Made by a program: the position numbers and the translations under genes
The notes under the pieces: model-generated
The model's input: only the letters and a program-made list of their open reading frames with translations
Told to the model about the DNA's origin: nothing
Databases searched by the model: none
Assembly (NCBI GenBank): GCA_951813565.1
Contig: OX638351.1
Span: 1,408,001-1,472,000, forward strand
Length of the DNA stretch: 64,000 bases
Direction: 5' to 3'
DNA from: an uncultured Poribacteria bacterium
GTDB lineage: Bacteria; Poribacteria; WGA-4E; WGA-3G
Shown here: piece by piece, positions 56,881-64,000 of the stretch
How positions within the stretch are numbered: the first letter of the stretch is position 1
Layout of the letters: the number at the start of each line of letters is the position of its first letter

Positions 56881-57520
56881 TACCGATAAACGTGTAATCG
56901 GTCTTTATGGTGAGATGCGATTGGCAATGGAACTACATAAACGAGGATGGCAAGTTTATAGTGCATATATTGATGAGAAATACGATTTTGTCATTCTGAA
57001 AAGTTACTGTGAAAACTGCAAAACCTTCAAAGATGCATGGACTCGTGAAGAAACTTATATAGATAAGAAAGGCAATGAGAAGAAAGGTAAAACAGTAACT
57101 CAGCTATGCAATACATGTCACCAAGACAGTCTGAAGATGCTCGTTCGATTTATACAAGTAAAGACATCAGAGGGAATTTCTGGAAAGAAAACAAAATCAG
57201 GAGAAAAAATAAAAACGTATAGTTTCCATGCGAAAATCCGTTATCACCTGGCAGATTCCAGAATATTTTACGCATGGATACAAGTTTGGGACGAAGACAA
57301 CGTCAACTACTACATTTTCAAAACGGAAGATGTTGCACTTTTTGATAATTTGCAGATAGCATCCTATCAAATAACCGACAATCAGAAAACGTCACTGAGA
57401 ATGAACAAAGAGGGAAAAGTACTAAATGAGGGGAAGATATATGATTACAGTGCGTTTGAAAAATTTCACAATAATTTCGATTGTTTGGAAAAGATAATTC
57501 CTGGTGATGATTGGAAGTAA
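56867..57520 (+). CDS. Putative PD-(D/E)xK restriction endonuclease
   Basis: 'GLYGEMRLAMEL...KYDFVI...FIQVKTS'; overlaps the MTase stop. Confidence 0.65.
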   Translation: MNGSDTDKRVIGLYGEMRLAMELHKRGWQVYSAYIDEKYDFVILKSYCENCKTFKDAWTREETYIDKKGNEKKGKTVTQLCNTCHQDSLKMLVRFIQVKTSEGISGKKTKSGEKIKTYSFHAKIRYHLADSRIFYAWIQVWDEDNVNYYIFKTEDVALFDNLQIASYQITDNQKTSLRMNKEGKVLNEGKIYDYSAFEKFHNNFDCLEKIIPGDDWK

Positions 57521-57654
57521 CCACAATGAGCAAGGAGGTAACCCAATAAAAGCCAAGAAGAAGCCTCTATACGCTCTCTGGGCAACCCACCAAGCCCAAA
57601 ACTACTTATTGCAAATTTGTTATTCGGAAAATGTCTGTAGACGTAGTGGAAATG

Positions 57655-58749
57655 TTAATAATCCGCGACAGAACCGTCTGCTAAACGAGCGTTGGGCCAA
57701 TTAAACCTTCTTCCCGAATTACTAACTTCAATCACCTTCGCCTCATCCACTTCAACGCCCAACCCCGGACCTTCAGGTAGCGAAACGTATCCTTCATCGT
57801 CCATCTCCCACGTTTTATGTGCAACACCAGCAGGTAGGACATTCTCATAACCTTCGTGGATAAGGAAAAACGGCACAGAGGCAGATAGGTGAAAACTCGC
57901 TGTAAGACCGAGATAAGACATAGTGCAGTGCGGTGCTATCGGGACGTGATGTGCTTCTGCAAGTGTAGCAACTTTTTTGACTTGCGTGATGCCGCCGCCA
58001 TGTCCAACATCGGGTTGAAGGATGTCAATCACTTGTGCTTCAAGAATTTCACGCACTTCCCATATTGTGCGGTCGCGTTCACCTGTCGCTAACGGCACAG
58101 GCACAAATTCGCGGATCTTTCGCATCACTTCAATGTTGCCCGGCACCCATGCTTCTTCAAGGAAAAGCAAATCGTCGGATTTGAGGTGTCCCGCAAATTG
58201 TTTAACGACAGGTGGCGGCATGCAACTATGTGCATCGAACATCACCGCGCCATCAGTACCAACTTTCTCTCGTGTGTCGTGAACCCGCTGCACCATATTT
58301 GCAATTTCATCCGGCGTGCCAGCGAAAGTTTTAGAACCACCCGGTCCCGTTTTAATAGCCTTTGGACTCGGATACTTCCATATTTTATCACGACAGGGTC
58401 CGCCGAGCAAGCGATAGACCGGTACGCCCCACAGTTTCCCAGCAATATCCCACAACGCCATATCAATAGCAGAGATCGTATGCACCATCAATCCGCCACC
58501 ACGGATATTGCGATGTGCGCGGAATAGGCGCTGCCAGTGATGTTCAATACGTGTCGGGTTTTCTCCGATAATCATTGTGGACAGGGAACGTGCCAATTCA
58601 CAGGTGACGTTTGTCTCCATATTGTTGATTTCGCCCCACCCTGTAACGTCCATGTTAGTTTCAATCTTGACATACGCTTTCTCACCCATCGGGTAAGCCT
58701 CAAGGTTTGTCACTCGAATTTGCGATCCTTTATCTTCATAGTCTGCCAT
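57655..58749 (-). CDS. Mandelate racemase/muconate lactonizing family enzyme (DgoD-like dehydratase)
   Basis: SAIDMALWDIAGK, MFDAH, FLEE, ATGER, QPDVGHGGGI, APH. Confidence 0.88.
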   Translation of the reverse strand: MADYEDKGSQIRVTNLEAYPMGEKAYVKIETNMDVTGWGEINNMETNVTCELARSLSTMIIGENPTRIEHHWQRLFRAHRNIRGGGLMVHTISAIDMALWDIAGKLWGVPVYRLLGGPCRDKIWKYPSPKAIKTGPGGSKTFAGTPDEIANMVQRVHDTREKVGTDGAVMFDAHSCMPPPVVKQFAGHLKSDDLLFLEEAWVPGNIEVMRKIREFVPVPLATGERDRTIWEVREILEAQVIDILQPDVGHGGGITQVKKVATLAEAHHVPIAPHCTMSYLGLTASFHLSASVPFFLIHEGYENVLPAGVAHKTWEMDDEGYVSLPEGPGLGVEVDEAKVIEVSNSGRRFNWPNARLADGSVADY

Positions 58750-59055
58750 TACAAAATCTCCCTTCTTTTTGTTGTGTTTTAGTTTTTCATAATTTCTGAA
58801 GTTTGTCAAACCTTTTCATAAGAATATCGGTGATGGTGGACATGCAGAACCATTCAATTTTTCAGTAATTTCTAACTTTTCTCAAAGGTCTCTTCCTGTA
58901 GGAGCGAGTTCCAACTCGCGACCTTTCGGCTAAAACGGGTAATAAGCTGACAATTGAATGCCTCTGGTTAACATGAAATTTGTTGACGAAAACAACAGAA
59001 ATTGATACATTAACCTATATGACCGAATGCTCAACCAAATCAAGGAGACTAAATT

Positions 59056-60123
59056 ATGGCAACGGATCAAACATATCGTATCGGAGTCATTGGCTGTGGT
59101 GGAATGGGTCGGTCCCATTCCAGATCATGGCAAAAACAAGAGAATGCTGAAGTCGTAGCAGCAATGGATATCTACGAAGAATCTGCAAAACGCGTCGCAG
59201 ACGAATATGATGTCCCAGCTATCTACACCGACGTTGATGAAATGTTAGCAAAAGAGGATTTGGACATCGTTAGCATTACGACGTGGCAGGGACCGCGTGC
59301 TGAAGCCACAGTTGCTGCAGCGAAAGCTGGCGTGAAAGGAATTATCGGTGAAAAACCGATGTCCGCTTCGTTGGGTCAAGCAGATGATATGCTTGCCGCC
59401 TGTGAAGAGAACAATGTCAAACTTGTCATCGGACACCAAGGCAGATACAGCGCACAGAACACAGAAATTCGCAGACTCGTAGCTGCAGGTGCAATTGGGC
59501 AACCGACAACACTGCATCACCGCGCCAAAGCACACGCAGGTCTACTCAACACAGGCACACACGCGATTGATGGTTGGCGTTACCTGTTGTCCGATCCTGA
59601 GACGTTATGGGTTATCGGGCAAACATCGCGCACAACTGATCGATGGGAACGCCGCACAATTTGCGAAGACCTCTGTATGGGATTAATCTGCTTCGAAGGT
59701 GGCGCGCGTGCTATCTACGAAGGTGACCTGCCCGATCCGGGTGTTTCCATGCCGAGAATCGCTGGCACAGAGGGGCAAATTCGTAATGGTGATAACGGTA
59801 CAGTGCTGCTCCAAAACGGAGATGCGAAAGGTTGGCAAACAATTACGCCACCACCGGAACCCAAAAACCAATTCCAAGAATTAATTGAGTGGATAGAAGG
59901 CAAAATCCCGACCCACCGGGGCAGAGGGGAACAAGCCCGATACACCATCGAAATTATGATGGCGATTTATGAATCCTTACGCATTAAAGACGTTGTCAAT
60001 ATGCCGTTGGAAACCAAAGAATTGCCACTTGAGTTGATGGTTAATGACGGCACGCTTCCTGTCTTGGAAGAAGGTAAATACGACCTGCGTACCCCATTTG
60101 AAGGACAAACCCGGAAAAGGTAA
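59056..60123 (+). CDS. Gfo/Idh/MocA family oxidoreductase
   Basis: GVIGCGGMG, GEKPM, GHQGRY, NTGTHAID; promoter TTGACG-N17-TACATT at 58983-59011. Confidence 0.9.
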   Translation: MATDQTYRIGVIGCGGMGRSHSRSWQKQENAEVVAAMDIYEESAKRVADEYDVPAIYTDVDEMLAKEDLDIVSITTWQGPRAEATVAAAKAGVKGIIGEKPMSASLGQADDMLAACEENNVKLVIGHQGRYSAQNTEIRRLVAAGAIGQPTTLHHRAKAHAGLLNTGTHAIDGWRYLLSDPETLWVIGQTSRTTDRWERRTICEDLCMGLICFEGGARAIYEGDLPDPGVSMPRIAGTEGQIRNGDNGTVLLQNGDAKGWQTITPPPEPKNQFQELIEWIEGKIPTHRGRGEQARYTIEIMMAIYESLRIKDVVNMPLETKELPLELMVNDGTLPVLEEGKYDLRTPFEGQTRKR

Positions 60124-60133
60124 TTCGTCTTTT

Positions 60134-60267
60134 TCTTGTAGGAGGGGTTTTCAACCCCGATTGTTGAAGATTTTCAACCTTTTTTGTAGGAGGGGTTTTC
60201 AACCCCGATTGTTGAAGATTTTCAACCTTTTTTGTAGGAGAGGTTTTCAACCCCGATTGTTGAAGGT
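60134..60267. repeat. Tandem triplication of a 48-bp REP unit
   Basis: gtaggaggggttttcaaccccgattgttgaag at 60138, 60186 and 60234. Confidence 0.9.
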
Positions 60268-60311
60268 TCACACGCTGAAATCCGATTATATTGTAATAGA
60301 GGAGAATTAGG

Positions 60312-60779
60312 ATGTCAAAAGAGAGTAGACGCTCTTTTTTACAAATCGCCACCGCTTTCATTGGTGGATTAGTGAGTTTAGCTGCCGGTATCCCGTTAAT
60401 CGGATTTGCTATTTCCCCTGCGTGGAAAAAAGGCGAATCGCAATGGGTTGACGTGGGAACGGTAGACCGCCTCAAAAACAGTCGCTTTAAGAAAGTCAAT
60501 TATACGTTCACAGCGAAAGATGGTTGGGTGAAAGCCACAAAGAAACGTTCTGTTTACGTGACGGATGCTGGTAATGGGGAATGGAGTGTCTTTTCACGGA
60601 CCTGCTCACATCTCGGTTGCCTTGTCCGATGGGATGAGAGTAAAGAATCGTTCCTATGCCCATGCCACGGTGCTATTTTTGATAAGACTGGAGCTGTTGT
60701 TGCCGGTCCGCCACCGGAACCGTTGCAGAAACTTGAAGTCAAAGTAGAAAATGGCCTTTTATATGTGAAGGAGGCGTAA
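60312..60779 (+). CDS. qcrA: Rieske iron-sulfur subunit of a cytochrome bc complex
   Basis: Tat motif SRRSFL, CSHLGC and CPCHG. Confidence 0.88.
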   Translation: MSKESRRSFLQIATAFIGGLVSLAAGIPLIGFAISPAWKKGESQWVDVGTVDRLKNSRFKKVNYTFTAKDGWVKATKKRSVYVTDAGNGEWSVFSRTCSHLGCLVRWDESKESFLCPCHGAIFDKTGAVVAGPPPEPLQKLEVKVENGLLYVKEA

Positions 60780-61981
60780 TGAAACAGTTTCTCAATGATC
60801 GCCTCCCATTAGATGGGGTGATGGCGCATCTGCGCAAACCGCTGCCGAAACATATCAATCTGCTTTTTTCGCTCGGCAGTTTAGCGATGTTTCTACTGCT
60901 ACTTCAAGCAGCGACAGGGGCATTTTTAGCGCTATCCTATTCTCCTTCGCCAGACCACGCCCATAATGCAGTCAATTATATCACAAACGAGGTGCCGTTC
61001 GGTAACTTTGTGCGCGGTTTGCACCATTGGGGTGCCAGTGCGATGGTCATCATTGTCTTTCTGCATATACTCCGCGTTGTGCTTTACGGATCATACAAAG
61101 CACCGCGTGAACTCACCTGGGTTGTTGGCGTTCTGCTGCTATTGGTTACGCTCGGTTTCGGATTTACAGGTTATTTGCTGCCATGGGACGAAAAAGCGTA
61201 TTGGGCAACGGTTGTCGGAATTGAAATCTCAAGCACCGCGCCTATATTAGGCGATGTAGTCGCAAAGGTTATGCGTGGCGGTGCCGAGGTTGGCGCGGTG
61301 ACGCTGTCTCGGTTTTACGCACTGCATACGATTTGGTTGCCGTGGTTGGCTTTCGGTCTGGTCGGTGTGCACCTTTTCCTCGTCCGATTCTACGGTTCCT
61401 CAGGTTTACCGAAGAACACACCGGAGGAGATGAAAACCGGCAAACCGTTCTATCCAGATCAGGTATTTGAAGATGTTGTTGGCATGCTAATTCTCTTTGT
61501 AATACTTGCTTGCGCTGCGCTGTTCGCTCCTGTTCCGCTTGAAGATGTCGCAGACCCGACAAATGCAGATTACGATCCTCGTCCTGAATGGTATTTCTTG
61601 TTCCTATTTCAACTGCTCAAATACTTCCAAGGTCCCTTTGAAATTCTTGGGACATTTGTTATCCCGACAGTCGGCATGTTGCTACTGTTATTCTTGCCTT
61701 TCTTAGACAGAAGTGAGCGCAAAGTTCTTTGGAAACGCCCAATTGCAATGACGGTCACAAGTGTCTGTGTTGTAGCGATTGTAGGATTAACAATCCTCGG
61801 TGCGACTGCGCCGAAACTTGAAACGCAGGAGGAAGCAGCACAACCAGCAGATGAAGTGCAGCAGGTCATCCCACCTGATACCGAAACAGAAAATGTTGAC
61901 GAAGGGGAAGATGTGTTTGATTTCCAATTGACTGAGGAAGAAATTGAAGGGGCGAGAGAAGTGGGAGAAGAATCGGAATAG
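60779..61981 (+). CDS. qcrB: Cytochrome b (b6 plus subunit IV fused)
   Basis: RGLHHWGAS, GYLLPWD, RFYALH, RPEWYFL, LPFLD. Confidence 0.9.
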   Translation: MKQFLNDRLPLDGVMAHLRKPLPKHINLLFSLGSLAMFLLLLQAATGAFLALSYSPSPDHAHNAVNYITNEVPFGNFVRGLHHWGASAMVIIVFLHILRVVLYGSYKAPRELTWVVGVLLLLVTLGFGFTGYLLPWDEKAYWATVVGIEISSTAPILGDVVAKVMRGGAEVGAVTLSRFYALHTIWLPWLAFGLVGVHLFLVRFYGSSGLPKNTPEEMKTGKPFYPDQVFEDVVGMLILFVILACAALFAPVPLEDVADPTNADYDPRPEWYFLFLFQLLKYFQGPFEILGTFVIPTVGMLLLLFLPFLDRSERKVLWKRPIAMTVTSVCVVAIVGLTILGATAPKLETQEEAAQPADEVQQVIPPDTETENVDEGEDVFDFQLTEEEIEGAREVGEESE

Positions 61982-61984
61982 TTC

Positions 61985-62305
61985 GTAGGTTGGGTTGAGG
62001 CATGAAACCCATAGGCGTCAATTTAAGAAATAACGCGTTTGTAGTCGCGCAATTCATTGCGCCTCGGACATTCTCTTGTGGGAGGGTTTTGAAAGCCCGA
62101 TTTTGTAACCCTCTACCTGTTATATCCGAATCAGCGCTAAATGCGCTTTTGGCATTTGTCTGGGTTGAAAACCCGCAGCATGCCAAACGCGCATGCTGCG
62201 TTGATTCGCTCCCACAAGAGGATATATTCTTAAACTGACGCCCGCTGAATGCCACAAAGGCATTCATAGCGTTGATTAGGTAGAGTAGAACGAAACCCAA
62301 CTTTG
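61985..62305. repeat. REP/MITE cluster with three hairpin insertions
   Basis: ggcgtcaatttaagaa...ttcttaaactgacgcc shell; REP at 62041; insertions near 62128, 62174 and 62243. Confidence 0.7.
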
Positions 62306-62357
62306 CCATTCTATTGTTAAGTTTGACTGCTCATAATCGCAAATAAAAAATCGAAAC

Positions 62358-63650
62358 ATGGAAAAACAATTCACACTTTTTCCCATAGATACCGAGTTTG
62401 AAGTCCCAAAAGAGAGGACAGCATCTGACGGCGTAACGTTAGTCTCGTTCCGTGAATTAGTGCCTGAAATCGTTGATACCGGCTACTTAACACACGCCAT
62501 CGTATCGTATCCTGCGAAATTTATCCCACAAGTTGTTAGATATGCAATCAACACCTACACAAAGGAAGGGGATTGGATTATTGATCCGTTCGCAGGTTCA
62601 GGAACAGTAGGTGTTGAGGCATATCTGTGCAAACGCAATGCTGTGCTACTGGATCTCAATCTACTTTTGAATCACATTATGCCGCTGAAGATATACCGCG
62701 AAAAAGAACAGTTGCATAAAGAGCATTTATGCAAATTGCTTGACAGCATGAGAGAAAGTAAAAACCACCGTTTTATACCCTCCTGGTCTAATGTCCAATA
62801 CTGGTACGCACCTGAAATCTTGAAATTGCTATCGCACCACTGGGGTTATATCTACAGCATAGAACAAGATGTCTACGCTGCCATTATCAAAACGGCACTG
62901 TTGAAGGTGAGCAAACGTTTCTCTTATACTGAACATAGAACACCAAAATTAGCCAGATCCAAGCGAAAATTAGCTGCTATAGAAGGACTACTCCGCGAAA
63001 ATTGGAAAGACCAGTTAATAGAGATAGTCTACGATCATTCCTTGAAAACGTTAAGAAGTCTCAACGACTTTGTGATGCAGACACAACATCATCAAAATCA
63101 GGTTGATTTTCAGGGAGGCGTTGATTCCTCCTATATTGATGTGCCTCGCGAATGTGACGCATTAATCACATCACCGCCCTATCTCCAAGCACAGGAATAT
63201 ATCCGCTCCACAAAAATGGAACTCTTTTGGTTAGGACATACTGATGAGGAAATAAAGGAATTATCACGTCTTGAAATCCCGTATCGGAAGGCAGATCGTG
63301 TCATTCATACGCCAACATTGGATAAAGTCAGAGACCAACTCTCCCGTCCAGACTTGCATAAACGACTTGACTCCTATTTTTGCCATACGATAAATGCGCT
63401 TGAAAATGCAATGTATCGATTAAAACCGAACGCTGCCGCCTGTATTTTCGTCGGTAATCCGCGTATTGATGGGATAACGGTTGAACTATGGAGAATCTTG
63501 GCAGAATACTTTTCGGAACGCGGATACTTATTTGAAAAAGTTTATGAAGATAGGATTAAAACGCGACAACTGTTCGGTGTGCGGAAGAATAAGAACCCTG
63601 ATGGCATGAAGTCAGAATTTTTGTTGATTTTGAGAAAGATGACTGTTTGA
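62358..63650 (+). CDS. DNA methyltransferase (N4-C-like, alpha-type order)
   Basis: 'THAIVSYPAKFIPQ', DPFAGSGT precedes TSPPY. Confidence 0.85.
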   Translation: MEKQFTLFPIDTEFEVPKERTASDGVTLVSFRELVPEIVDTGYLTHAIVSYPAKFIPQVVRYAINTYTKEGDWIIDPFAGSGTVGVEAYLCKRNAVLLDLNLLLNHIMPLKIYREKEQLHKEHLCKLLDSMRESKNHRFIPSWSNVQYWYAPEILKLLSHHWGYIYSIEQDVYAAIIKTALLKVSKRFSYTEHRTPKLARSKRKLAAIEGLLRENWKDQLIEIVYDHSLKTLRSLNDFVMQTQHHQNQVDFQGGVDSSYIDVPRECDALITSPPYLQAQEYIRSTKMELFWLGHTDEEIKELSRLEIPYRKADRVIHTPTLDKVRDQLSRPDLHKRLDSYFCHTINALENAMYRLKPNAAACIFVGNPRIDGITVELWRILAEYFSERGYLFEKVYEDRIKTRQLFGVRKNKNPDGMKSEFLLILRKMTV

Positions 63651-63867
63651 TAGCGATTTTTGTTTGTTTCCACAAGGAGGCAAAACGATGAGAATCTTAG
63701 TTTGCATCCTCCTGCCAATTTTGACGTTGTACTTGTCAAATGGACACAAGATAGAATTTGAATTTAACACTTACTTGACATTTGATGCTGATCTATACTA
63801 AAATAGTAAGAGAGGTTTAGGAAAATTAACAGAATAATACAATTATACTTTTATGGGAGCAAAAATT

Positions 63868-64000
63868 ATGGGGTTTAGGTTCACAGGACACGAAACTTTT
63901 CCATGCCGATACCCTTGGCTACCCAAAGCAGTTGCCGCCCTAAAAGAACAACCAAGTTTATTTAAAGATATAGACAATGCTATAGTCCGACTTGGTGTTG
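63868..64000 (+). CDS. DUF4007 family protein, 5' fragment (truncated by window end)
   Basis: Translates MGFRFTGHETFPCRYPWLPKAV...AIVRLGV, matching the F-x-GHETF...WL.K...LGV signature; promoter TTGACA...TAAAAT at 63775-63804. Confidence 0.75.
   Translation, partial: MGFRFTGHETFPCRYPWLPKAVAALKEQPSLFKDIDNAIVRLGV

Noticed and set aside
57532..57654. Strong RBS (aggagg) after the nuclease gene
   Set aside because: Followed by ATA rather than a standard start and runs into the convergent gene; at most a degraded remnant.
60134..60267. Palindromic repeat x3 resembling a mini CRISPR array
   Set aside because: The intervening sequences are identical (pure 48-bp tandem), the unit is a GTAG REP also seen dispersed, and no cas genes are present.
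1..64000. tRNA, rRNA or other structured RNA genes
   Set aside because: No cloverleaf or rRNA-like segment was recognised; intergenic hairpins are explained by repeat families.

Overview
Bacterial chromosomal window of moderate GC, gene-dense. Several traits suggest a Candidatus Poribacteria-like organism, which is inference and not proven: secreted proteins ending in a 'V-x-P-x-x-K-L-T-T-T-W-G-x-I-K' tail, ECF sigma factors with long C-terminal extensions, many Gfo/Idh/MocA and enolase-superfamily enzymes, and dense GTAG-type REP elements. Contents in order: an ISKra4-like transposase; an epimerase, a TolB-like protein and two paralogous secreted proteins; nadA; a PorV-like gene paired with a 3868-aa Ig-repeat protein carrying a T9SS-like C-terminal domain; metabolic genes (Gfo/Idh/MocA, Ldh_2, nnr). 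Then a ~30-kb block (25-55 kb) with three tandem secreted paralogs, eight ABC-2-type permease paralogs, one ATPase, a NEW3/coiled-coil membrane-anchored protein, TolC and two extended ECF sigma factors. One sigma carries a beta/gamma-crystallin-like tail and the other a catalytically dead M61 peptidase-PDZ module, and a TGCAAC promoter motif recurs across the block. The window ends with a putative type II R-M pair, a Rieske/cytochrome b pair, a solitary MTase and the start of a DUF4007 gene. Intergenic DNA holds nested mobile repeats (MITE shells, REP hairpins, and a ~35-bp self-nesting hairpin element). The best candidates for a new system are the multi-permease exporter with its ECF regulon and the 35-bp element. 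No rRNA, tRNA or CRISPR array was seen.
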